Source: Spongospora subterranea f. sp. subterranea (Eukaryota). From it: a stretch of DNA of 64,000 bases. Made by a program: the position numbers and the translations under genes. The first letter of the stretch is position 1; the number at the start of each line of letters is the position of its first letter. This document shows positions 53,047 to 64,000 of the stretch, in pieces. The stretch covers positions 1 to 64,000 of the forward strand of contig JAUGWO010000078.1 of NCBI GenBank assembly GCA_049724395.1, in the 5' to 3' direction. The notes below the pieces were generated by a model. The model was not told the origin of the DNA. It saw nothing but the letters and a program-made list of their open reading frames with translations, and did no database searches.

Positions 53047-54413
53047 TAGACGCCAAACCCCATGCCAATTTAGCGTTAGAAGCCAAACCCCATGCCAATT
53101 TAGCGTTAGAAGCCAAACCCCATGCCAATTTAGCGTTAGACGCCAAACCCCATGCCAATTTAGCGTTAGAAGCCAAACCCCATGCCAAACCCCATGCCAA
53201 TTTAGCGTTAGACGCCAAACCCCATGCCAATTTAGCGTTAGACGCCAAACCCCATGCCAATTTAGCGTTAGAAGCCAAACCCCATGCCAATTTAGCGTTA
53301 GAAGCCAAACCCCATGCCAATTTAGCGTTAGAAGCCAAACCCCATGCCAATTTAGCGTTAGAAGCCAAACCCCATGCCAATTTAGCGTTAGAAGCCAAAC
53401 CCCATGCCAATTTAGCGTTAGACGCCAAACCCCACGCCAAACCCCATGCCAATTTAGCGTTAGAAGCCAAACCCCATGCCAATTTAGCGTTAGAAGCCAA
53501 ACCCCATGCCAATTTTTAGCGTTAGCGTTAGACGCCAAACCCCATGCCAATTTAGCGTTAGACGCCAAACCCCATGCCAATTTAGCGTTAGAAGCCAAAC
53601 CCCATGCCAATTTAGCGTTAGAAGCCAAACCCCATGCCAATTTAGCGTTAGAAGCCAAACCCCATGCCAATTTAGCGTTAGAAGCCAAACCCCCAAGTTA
53701 GAAGCCAAACCCCATGCCAATTTAGCGTTAGAAGCCAAACCCCATGTCAATTTAGCGTTAGAAGCAAACCCCATGTCAATTTAGCGTTAGAAGCCATTTA
53801 GCGTTAGAAGCCAAACCCCCAATTTAGCGTTAGAAGCCAAACCCCATGTCAATTTAGCGTTAGAAGCCAAACCCCATGTCAATTTAGCGTTAGAAGCCAA
53901 ACCCCATGCCAATTTAGCGTTAGAAGCCAAACCCCATGCCAATTTAGCGTTAGAAGCCAAACCCCATGCCAATTTAGCGTTAGAAGCCAAACCCCATGCC
54001 AATTTAGCGTTAGAAGCCAAACCCCATGCCAATTTAGCGTTAGACGCCAAACCCCATGCCAATTTAGCGTTAGAAGCTCTAGCGTTCATGCCAATTTAGC
54101 GTTAGACGCCAAACCCCATGCCAATTTAGCGTTAGACGCCAAACCCCATGCCAATTTAGCGTTCATGGCGTTAGAAGCCAAACCCCAGCCAATTTAGCGT
54201 TAGAAGCCAAACCCCATGCCAATTTAGCGTTGCCAAACCCCATGCCAATTTAGCGTTAGGCGCCAAACCCCATGCCAATTTAGCGTTAGACGCCAAACCC
54301 CATGCCTTAGAAGACCAAACCCCATGTCAATTTAGCGTTAGAAGCCAAACCCCATGTCAATTTAGCGTTAGAAGTCAAACCTTATGCCAATTTAGACGCC
54401 AAACCCCATGCCA
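53047..54413. repeat. 30-bp tandem satellite, about 45 copies
   Basis: Unit AGAAGCCAAACCCCATGCCAATTTAGCGTT with an A/C variant and occasional 12-bp internal duplications; degenerates toward the right. Confidence 0.97.
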
Positions 54414-55102
54414 GCATCGTAATCAGCATTAGCTGATGCGGTGTGTTGGCCGGCGGGGCGTGGATCGAGAGGGAGCTGTGTCTGCATTGCTGGATCAGGG
54501 CGAGGTCTGGAATGCTCTGGCCGGATTCGCTGAGGAAGGTGAACCGATCGGGTGTCGGTCGCGGCGCGCGCCCCGACGATGACGACGCTGTGGATGAATG
54601 CAGCGCCCCCTGAACCTATCCCCCGACGCCGCACAAGGTACCACCAAATAGGTACTCGTTGTGGCTACACGACGATCCAGGTCTCGAGACTGGCAGACGT
54701 CTGCGGACGTCGCTAACTTGACAAATATCCAAATATCGTGCAGAGGCCGCCAAAGGCTCATTTTATGAAATGTGAACGCTGGGATCACCATTGATCATCG
54801 TAATAAAGCACAGAAGAACCAATTTAGCGCCAAACCCCCCGCTGTGTACGAATAATTAACCGCACCATTATGTACACTTGTGTTTTCTGCGCGAGCAAGG
54901 GAATATAACAAGTGCGCGACTGTGGTTTATGTGTACAGTTCTGCCGTTCGGTCCCGGTTCTCAATTGGAAGGCGATTACCAAATCCCGACGACACCAGGC
55001 CCAGGGAGTCAATTAGCCCACAACACCGATCGACCATTGCCAATTACTACAAATTTTGAACTCTACCAAATCAGTATCCTGGCCCATTAGCGTGGGTTTC
55101 AC

Positions 55103-56313
55103 ATGGTAGATATTTCCTCGTAGTTTTACTTAATGGATTATTTCTAATATTGTTTGCTGTTTATCGTTTTTCCTTGATGATGGTCATGCTCAATGATATC
55201 ACACATAGGCAACAGAAGAGTTATCATTTGAAAGCGGTCACGATGACCTGATTCACGACACGCAGCTTGATTATTTCGGCAGCCGTCTGGCAACGGCGTC
55301 CGCTGATAAATCTATAAGAATTTTCGATATTTCAGGAGACCAGCACACTTTACTTGCTGACTTGAAAGGGTAAAGAATTCATGATCATCGCTTGACTTTC
55401 TGTTTTTTTTTTCAACATGCCTATCTTTTGCCTGCCACTTTTGAATTGTTGGTGATCGATCGATGTCAGGCATGAAGGTCCAGTTTGGTCAGTGGCATGG
55501 TCACATCCACAGTATGAAAGCCTGTTGGCATCGTGCTCTTACGATGGGCGCGTTATTATCTGGAAACAGGAAGGCCCTTCATGGAATCGAATATTCTCCA
55601 GCGATTCAGCACAGACGTCTGTAAATTGTGTTGTGTGGTCTCCTCCTGAGCAAGGTCTAATGCTCCTTGTTAGTATTTCTATCGATTGTTAACAAGGCCT
55701 AACAATGTTTCGCTAGGCTTGCTCATCCGATAACTTCGTGTCAGTTTACACGTACTCTGAAAACCAGTGGAAAGAGTGTCGGTTCAGCGCCCATCTAGGA
55801 GGGGTGAATGCGGGATCCTGGGCCCCAGCATCACCTCAGTCGGTGCCTCGATTTGTCACCGCCGGCAATGACAACCGGCTGAAAATGTGGCGACTCTCGG
55901 ATGACCAATGGGTTGAGCAAAAAGGTGTGTTTGACGACGACGTGTTGCATCACAAAGACTGGGTTCGTGATGTGGCTTGGGCACCAAGCCATGGTATTCC
56001 CTCTCATTGTATAGCTAGCTGTAGCGAAGATAAGACCTGCATCATTTGGACCGAAGTATTATCCTCAAATTCAAAGGTTTTCGCTTGCTGACGTCAACTT
56101 TTGCAGGAGAGTTCAGGGCAATGGCGCAAGTCCAAAGTTCTGGAGTTCAAGCAGAAAGTTTGGCGTGTGAGCTGGTCTGTCATGGGCAACATTCTGGCAA
56201 TATCGCAAGGGGATAACAAAGTTAGTCTGTGGAAAGAGTCTCTAGATGGCGATTGGGAAGAGTTGACATCAATTGACGATCAGCGATCCAATGATCCAAA
56301 CCGTTTGCAATGA
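55103..56313 (+). CDS. SEC13: SEC13 WD40 protein (COPII coat / nuclear pore)
   Basis: [50 protein letters not shown] and [14 protein letters not shown]. The first exon is probably a lone ATG at 55103. Confidence 0.95.
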
Positions 56314-56864
56314 CATCTTCATCTTCTAACTAAACCTCAAAAAACAATATTTCCAGGTTGTTTGATATTGCTGGGTTATAAAAAGGTGTACCTCGCCCCA
56401 TCCTGGGTTCTTTGCTTTATATGTTTCCGTAAACGGCCCTCGCACTGCCGGTGCTATGAGTTCCACGTTGATCACCATCTGACAAGCTACCCGACAGCGA
56501 TGTAGAAACGTCAGGACCGTATTATTACGAAGAATTCCAAGCTGCTTTTACCAAGAGTTGCCCCTTCACCGATGCATATGTCATGGTTATGGTAAACATT
56601 TTGAGGTGTAAAAATTTTGAGGTAAATGCAGTTTCGAATGGGTCTGCTGCTTTAGCTGAACTCAACAAGCTCATTTCGAAGGACAAAGAGCGTCACCTCC
56701 TGCGTATTCGACTCAACTCACGTGCAATAACAGTAACATTCTCTACACAACTACAACCTATTACTTGAGGAGAAGGCCAACAACGGTGACGCTAATGTCT
56801 TATCGCCAGAATAATAATAAGTTTGTGATTGATATATGAGGTATTCTGATTAAGTCTCGAAACT

Positions 56865-58455
56865 TCAAACCTGCTTTGATACAGAAAGCATGTACGACCT
56901 GCCGAGTTGTTCCACGTCCGGTTTTCTCTCGGCCTTCAGTTGTTTAACGAGTTCTAGCTGTTCCGACTTTGGCGATTTCGCTGTGGATTTTCGACGTGAT
57001 TTCCTGCCCCAGTTGGACTTTGTCATCATCAAATGCGATGCTTCTTCACGTCTAGATAGTATGAGTAAACCGCTTATAGTTACGCCGATCCCAAACGCGA
57101 ACATTGACATTTGTCCAGGCTGCATATGCTCATATTCTCCCTATTGACGAATGAACCAGTGAAACTCACACAATGGACAACTCACAAAAAATATAAGACC
57201 CGAGGCAACCGATCCAATGCACCAAAACGTTTGAAATACTGGGACGACATACGAGGCCTCAAAAAGGCGAAGCCCGTCATTCAGGTATTTGATTTGAAAG
57301 AATATTGTTGTGAACAAGGAAATGAAAACAACATAGGTTGGAAGGTGGGCAAACATGAGCTTGCCCCCAGCAATTGATCCATAAAGCAGTTCTGCAGTGC
57401 ACCTGAATATTTGATATTGTAAGACAGCATGAAACCTGTTGCAACTGGGATATCCTTTACTTTGCGAACAGAACGTTCTGCGCGCCTATAGTGCCAGAAA
57501 GCGCAGGATAGAGGAATCGATGGATTTTGATTGCATTGGACTGATACGCCATGACAGCTGGTGCGCATTCTATAGCTAATCCCAAGTCGCTTTCGTCACA
57601 ACCTGAGACAACAACGACAATCATTTCGAGTTGAAAGTTGTCATGTCAAAGCTGGTTGAAATTGCTACCTTCAAGAAGGCCAAGCATTTGGATACTATCG
57701 GACTGCGACATCGCTTCGGCCCTAAGCTGGTCATAATGCTTCACCGCTGACGACATGACAGCGATGGCGGCCATCACGCCGGTAGAAAAGATGAGGAATG
57801 CAGGCTTGACGTATAGCGCAAACAGTTCATCGAGCTGAAACAATTTATCTTCGTGCGACGCGAACGAAACGCTCAGGATGGATCCCGATATTATGATGCA
57901 CACAGCCACGATCTCTGCAGGAAGTCACCTAAACCTGATTCATCGCCCAGCGTCAATCGCCCTTACCATTACAGGAAATCTTCTCCCTGAGAAGAAGCGG
58001 AGCGAAGATGACATTCGCAATCAATGTAACGGCGCCTAAAGGAGCGATGACGACCTGAATTGATTTATGGGCTTCGTCAAGAAGAAAGAAAAGCGGAACA
58101 GTTGTCGACCTGTGGAGCAAAAGCCAACGCGAAAAAATCCGCAATGGCGCCAACCATGACGAGGGTAATTCCTGCAACCCAAAGCGGTTGCAGAAAATAT
58201 TTTGGTGTTCCTATATCAGATAGGGCCGAGGCTGTTGTTGGCGCCGTAGGTGAGGAAGGCTGTTTATCGCTCCAGTTAGACGACTGCAGATGGCACAGCT
58301 TCTGCAGGTTGATCCCTGCCTAGTCGCTGATCAATGTGCGTTTTGCCCCACAACACCCATGCGACCAGACCTAAATTAGAGATGATCGAGGCGAAGCACG
58401 CTAGCAGGACTCCGACCACCCATCGGCGCATCCCAAGTATATCTTTGCCATCCAT
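56865..58455 (-). CDS. NIPA-family magnesium transporter-like protein, multi-exon; 3' end uncertain
   Basis: Spliced GVLLACFASIISNLGINLQKL, DFFALAFAPQ, APLGAVTLIANVIFAP, QIKYLNDGLRLFEASYVVPVFQ. Confidence 0.88.
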
Positions 58456-58961
58456 AATGGTGCAGGGCCAATCTTCTGGATTCCTCGGCCGTTTCGGAAC
58501 CTTCGCGCAAAAGCTACCTTTGCTGTCGATTTGCAGTATTTCTAAACGGATTCATATCTGATACGAATTAGAATACAGAAAGATCAATCCCCTGTTGACC
58601 GTTTTTGTTACTTTTCGCCAGGTTAACTTTTGTCGAATTGGCGTGGCCTCGTTGGCTCCGATCCCATCATACGTCAGCGGCGCCACCTCAAACGTCTTTG
58701 TGGATTATGAAAACTTGTCATACAGAAACGCAACCCTGTTATCACATCCAGAAGGTCGACAAACCCCACGGTTGACCGACATTTCGAAATACAAAAAATA
58801 GAACGGTCAGAATCCGATAACATGCTACTGATCAATGCGGATGTGACTTTTCCAAAGAGGTTGAAGACACGACACGAGACAGTAATTTCTGAAAAGGAAT
58901 GAAGTCCAAAGGCAACAAGAGAGTCTTTTAGGGGGCTATATTAAAATAGCATGGATCTGAA

Positions 58962-59872
58962 TTACTCGCCAGAACGGACAACGCGGCGTTGATTATTGCC
59001 GCGCTGGTTACCGTTGTCATTCTTGAATTTCGTGACCCCACGACCGCGAACCTTTACGATCTGTTCAGGCGTTGTCTTGGGCTGGTCATCAAAATCGTGT
59101 CGATTATCGCCTTCGGTCACGGTCATGACCTGGTCATCCAACTTGACGCCGTTGTATTTTTCAACGAATTTTCTTGATGCAGCACGCTTATGGAAATGTA
59201 TGATCGCTGCACCTGTTGGGCGACCTGACCGGTCAAATACCAGCTCTGCCCTGTTATAATCGGGAAAATCCTTGAAAAGCCCCTCTAGATCTGACGCTTC
59301 AACTTGCCATGGAATATCTGATATTGTCACAACACCAGTTGTCCTCAGACTTAAGCCTATTGATTTAGAGGCAAATGACGAGAGCGATTTGGTCAAAGTG
59401 TCGTTGTGATTGCGGGGCGCTGGATAATGCTCAAGGAACATGTCGTGCTATATGCAAAAACATATATCAATTGAAAATAATTACTACGAACAAAATCGAG
59501 TAACAAAAACAAAAAAAATGCAATCAACCTGGAGCTCAATCGGAAATTCATTCGAATTGTGGGTTTCTAGCTGACCTCCCATTCTTTCTCGGGATCCTTT
59601 CGCCTGATAGTTTGAAATTTATCCAAACGCCGTCTGCCCTCTGAAGTTGGCACTGTTACTCTAATAGAACCTCCTTTTTTCTGACCAAATGAACCGCGAC
59701 GTCCAGCCCCCTTGCTGCTATTCCCTCTCTTGCCTCCAGCGAACGGGCGGTTCGGCGCCGCACGTGGTCTCGGCGGTGGTTTCGTCGTTTTCCGACGCTG
59801 CGCGGCGATCTCGTCAAGGGACATATCCAGATGGGATTCCGCCGTGGCATCGACGACCATGGCGTCCGACAT
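58962..59872 (-). CDS. ALY/REF (THOC4/Yra1)-like mRNA export adaptor with RRM, two exons
   Basis: N-terminal LDMSLDEI motif, RG-rich region, spliced WEHDMF and an RRM with FDRSGRPTG. Confidence 0.85.
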
Positions 59873-59960
59873 TGTTCGCTAGCAATTTCCGATCAATCGG
59901 GGCCGACGGCAAAAACGTCAATGGAGAGTTGAGGACAATACACCACACACTGACACACAC

Positions 59961-60400
59961 GGAGACTGGCAGCGCCTTCGCACTATATGCAACTGCGAGG
60001 CACTAGGTACAACTGCGACAGTCGCGCAACTAAATATACAAGTGCCGTGACCTTGAATTAGGAGACAATCAGCGCCTTCGCACTATATGCAACTGCGAGG
60101 CACTAGGTACAACTGCGACAGACAATCGCGCAACTAAATATTGCGCAACTAAATATTGCGCAACTAAATATACAAGTGCCGTGACCCTGTATTTAGAGAC
60201 AGGCAGCGCCTTCGCACTATATGCAACTGCGAGGCACTAGGTACAACTGCGACAGTTGCGCAACTAAATATACAAGTGCCGTGACCCTGTATTTACGAGA
60301 CAGGCAGCGCCTTCGCACTATATGCCACTGCGCGCGGCACTAGGTTCACAGCGACATTCGCGCAACCAAATACAGTACACAAGTGCCGTGACCATGTACT
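59961..60400. repeat. About four tandem copies of a ~100-bp unit upstream of ALY/REF
   Basis: CAGCGCCTTCGCACTATATGCAACTGCGAGGCACTAGGTACAACTGCGACAG... starts at 59970, 60070, 60204 and 60305; copy 2 has an internal GCGCAACTAAATAT triplication. Confidence 0.92.
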
Positions 60401-61052
60401 GTATTAGCGCCATGGATCGGTCGGTTCGACAATGGTTAACTGAATCGAGCCTGGTCTGTTCCCGGAGCGGACCGCAGCAAGGTGTGTGTGTGTGTCCGTT
60501 TGGGAAACGGCTTCAGAAAGAACACACGACGTTGGACCAAAGTCTAATAGGCGCTGCTGTGAAGTTAACCAGCACCGATATGGTAGAAGGGGGTTTTCAA
60601 AGGCGTTGGTGCCATAGACCATTGAGGCTGTGGATTATTATGCCGCGTTTGCTCGCCATTATTTCATGATCAGCATGACCATTGTCATTATTTGTGATAT
60701 TCTGTTTTTTGGGCATCACTAATCTAGAGGTAATAAACGCTTTTCAATTCGATTTTCTGATCGATTTAATCTTGAAAATACCCCATACGCGTTCGGTTGC
60801 TGTGATCCACCTCCGTTTTCTATCTCCACCGATCGTTCTAAACTGTTCTCACATGACATACATCACCAGAGTTTTACAGCCTTCATTGCCACCCACCCAC
60901 CGACTGTTTGTTCTGTCTGAATTAAAGCGGCCCATAATGTGATGCCTGTTCAGAAGGTCGTTTTCTGTGAGCCCAAATGGCAAAACGCGTTGTTGCGGTT
61001 TTTGCAATGTCCCAGGACCGGGCGTTCTTGCTCTGGGTATTTTTTCCAGGTT

Positions 61053-62920
61053 TTATTCTTTGCGATTCGTTTTCTTACGAGGAGGTTCGTCAATGGATAT
61101 CGGATCACGTGGCTGTCGAGAAGAGGGGCCAGCACCGCCTAACTTCAGGTCGATCGATTCCGACAAGGGCGCGACATGTTTCGCGAGTTTCGATTGCCCG
61201 TGCGCCGATTTCCCCGATATTCCCGTCAATGACGACGCGATTCTGATCAGGATGAACGCGTCCAGCCCGGCGTAGTTCAGCTGCGCCTCGGATAGTGGCC
61301 GGCGAGACCAATCCGACATCTGATACACAGCGCGAAACTCAACAAACCTTATTCGCATAGCCGGTCAACGATCACCGAAACCTGCTGTCCTTTGGACAAC
61401 GTCATCCCGAAGCAGAAAAGCGACAAACGCGCCAGTGATTTCCTGTCCGATCCTGGATAGCGAGATTGAAACACGTTATGAAGGTCCAGAATCGACGACA
61501 GATTCCTGAACGACCCGCAGGGATATTCTCTGAGACCAACAACATTTTTCATCAGCGATTGTTGTCGTTTACATGAGGTGTGACCGCAATACCTATGCAG
61601 CTTAGCAATGTCGTCGCGCAGACCGACACCGAGTTTTACTATATGACGAGCGGCCAGCAATCGCGATAGAACCGGAACGCAGATCGACGATGCCCGTTGC
61701 AGGTCGAATATGAATATCGCCGACGACGTCGCGATCTGAACGATCGAGACGGGGGTTGGAGCCCTGCCTAACAAGACAATTGGCGTTCCGGAACGACGTT
61801 GTCAGGAACGTAGTTGTTCACAAACCTTTGCGAAACACGGGTTGAGATTCTGTGTCGATTCCCAGCAACGGCGACGAAAACAGAATCTCTTCCGCCAACT
61901 TCAATGATCGATCATCGTCCACGACCACGATCGTGACGTCCTTGGGGATCGATACTGTTGACGGCTGCAGATTGAACGTCTCCAATAGTTTAGCCGGCGG
62001 CGGTTTGTGCCCTGGCCCTTGCATCTCGGCCAGCAGTAGGCGCCCGTACCCGACCTCGTTCCCATCCCGGAACCCGTCCAATGCGTGTTCGCTGATGGCC
62101 GTCGAATACGCCATCAGCAATCGCGCCTTGGCGATGGCCAGAACCGCATCGAGCTTGAACCCGACTGGGGTGTCGGGCGATTTCAATAATTCCTTGATCC
62201 AGACCGATACGGATTCGTCTGATTCTGTTTGTCATCGAGCAATGGGGATGGATAGATTCGCGAAGCAGATCCCATACCGGATTGGGGTGCGGTTTTGACA
62301 GTTTGGCAGAGAAATATGAGCGCGTTCCTTCTTTGCGATGTGGTCTGAACTGGGTCAAGGAGAAATAGCCCATCTCAGCACACCCCGATTGTCGGCAACG
62401 ATATCGCCAGGGCCGACGACCTGACCCATGATGGACGACCTTCTGCATATGTTGAGGGCGACCTGGACGATTACAAAATGGGTCAGAGATTGGCACCGAA
62501 TAACGAAAACAACGTGGGAGACCTTGTGTCTTCGGTCATCGCAACACGACAATGATTTCAACAGACTCAATAAAGAAGGGCTTTCCTGAAATATCAGAAC
62601 TGGATCACGAAAACGGTTCGGATTGCATTAGAGATGGAGAAAACGCTAACCGGGAGCTGGCCCAGTTTAGAGAGAACATCAGTCGCTTCCTGATCAACAG
62701 AAAAAGGGCTGGCGCTTGAGGAAACTGATCGAGATTTGGTTCGGCGCGGTGCCTGGAGGCATTCGAATTAGTTGGCATGAAATTCGGGGCTCAAGAACAG
62801 GATCGGGACATGGGCGCTCTGAACACCACGTTGCCTTTTTGCCACCATGGCGAGGGTTCTGCCCAGCGTCGGTTGGCTCCTCGTTTTTCGGCCCATCGCC
62901 CGCTGCATCCCTGCCATTGC
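61053..62920 (-). CDS. DEDDy 3'-5' exonuclease (WRN-exo/EXD/mut-7-like), multi-exon; start uncertain
   Basis: ExoI GIDTES, IVQIAT, ExoII KLGVGLRDDIAKL, SLARLS...LSK and ExoIII SDWSRRPLSEAQLNYAGLDA. Confidence 0.88.
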
Positions 62921-63164
62921 ACCCACTGCCCCTCCAACAATCGTGAACACGGGGTGAACTTCCGTCAGATTGATCGTTGTTCCCAATCTCTGTTCTGGAA
63001 ATCTGCGCGATTTGATTTCGAAAATGTCCTTCGGCTACATTCGGTATTGTTTCGGGTGTTTTCTCAACGCGGGTGCAGGCGTTGTGTTTCGAAAGACGGG
63101 TAGCGCCATGGGCAATAGATGGTCAGTGGTTCGGACCGACATCGTGTATTGAGTGATATGTTGT

Positions 63165-63455
63165 CTATGGCTGAGGGGCGACGGTGATGGTTGCGTCGAT
63201 CGATGAACTCATGAACAGTTTGACCATGGTGCCCACGACCCAGAAGAAGTCGAACACGAGGACCACCAGACCGGTGATCGCCGTGACCGCCGCCGACGTC
63301 GCCGATACCTTGTGCTCCAGCGTCCCGATCGCGAACTGGTGCGCGAACAGGATCAGAGCGATGCTGGCCGTCGTCAGGCCCACGAATAGGTGCAGCGAAC
63401 GCTTGATGTCTCCACCGAAGAAGCGGTTCATGGTGGGGAAAGGCTCGATCAGCAT
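63165..63455 (-). CDS. Hypothetical 96-aa membrane protein
   Basis: ATG-initiated ORF with GC-rich third positions and two hydrophobic segments. Confidence 0.45.
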   Translation of the reverse strand: MLIEPFPTMNRFFGGDIKRSLHLFVGLTTASIALILFAHQFAIGTLEHKVSATSAAVTAITGLVVLVFDFFWVVGTMVKLFMSSSIDATITVAPQP

Positions 63456-64000
63456 GGTTAACCCTTAGCTAGCCGTTCGGCTGAATGACGGACGCTCGGC
63501 CGAAATCGCTCCGGCAACTCCAACGCACCATATCCGGCTCGGCCGGGGTTCAGATTAACAACGGCCAGCTCATTCATGATCAAAACTAAATAATGTCGGT
63601 GAACGAGTCAATGTTTGGAAAAAGGTCCAAATTTTAGAACCGTTGCATCGATTAGCTTAACATTTGAAAAAATCGGTGCTTGATGTGTTGTTGGAGTATC
63701 AGGAGTTTTTTTTTCGTCCTTGTGAAATAAACACTGAACCAGCTCCTCCAGACTGAAATGAATCAATTTATAATGATGTGGCGCCAATCCGAACAAACGT
63801 TGCGGTTGGACGTCAACGCCGATGAGCAGCACTTCCCATTAAACCGACAAGAACACTGGAAGGACACGACGATTTTCGGTGGCGACAAATTCACAATTCC
63901 TCGGTTTGGGTTAAGGATGAAAGCCCAGCTGGAGCCAGATACCTTCTATATTATATAATTAACCACCTGTCTTGACACAAATTGCCTGCATTGCCCGCTC

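Noticed and set aside
52862..54089. Long ORFs of repeated LAWGLASNAK, QTPCQFSVRS or WHGVWLLTLN
   Set aside because: They arise because a 30-bp unit is stop-free in several frames; variants break frame and there is no coding context.
53047..54413. Satellite as a CRISPR array or telomere
   Set aside because: There are no unique spacers or cas genes. TTTAGCG and AAACCCC only loosely resemble telomere repeats, and genes continue on both sides.
59961..60400. ~100-bp repeat as a CRISPR array or RNA-gene cluster
   Set aside because: Whole units are duplicated with no variable spacers, and I see no tRNA, snRNA or 5S features.

Overview
Compact, intron-rich eukaryotic DNA with GT-AG introns mostly about 45-60 nt. 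The chitin-binding CBM18 protein, GT48 glucan synthase, SAS6-like gene and intron sizes suggest a flagellated protist, possibly a phytomyxid such as Spongospora; this is inference only. The first ~8 kb is a transposon cluster: a decayed Ty1/Copia element whose integrase core is deleted in frame, a DD34E IS630/Tc1-type transposase whose restored stop codon overlaps that of a convergent unknown gene, three small inverted-repeat elements, and an embedded secreted Cys-rich protein gene. The rest is gene-dense: two OTU deubiquitinases, a 1,3-beta-glucan synthase with an extra N-terminal membrane domain, DUF3228, a DHHC-family acyltransferase that reads DHCC, a Qc-SNARE, a very large secreted cadherin/Ig-like repeat protein, a GyrI-like protein, SAS6L, two serine carboxypeptidase paralogues around a divergent H4/H3 pair, a CBM18 protein, thiolase, SEC13, a NIPA transporter, ALY/REF and a DEDDy exonuclease. 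It also holds a ~530-bp fold-back, a 213-bp MITE-like hairpin, a 30-bp satellite and a ~100-bp tandem repeat. The best novelty candidate is a five-exon gene at 10987-12187 that I read as an Rnl2-type RNA ligase homologue lacking its catalytic lysines. All exon models and family calls were made by eye, and several single-base frameshifts may be assembly errors.
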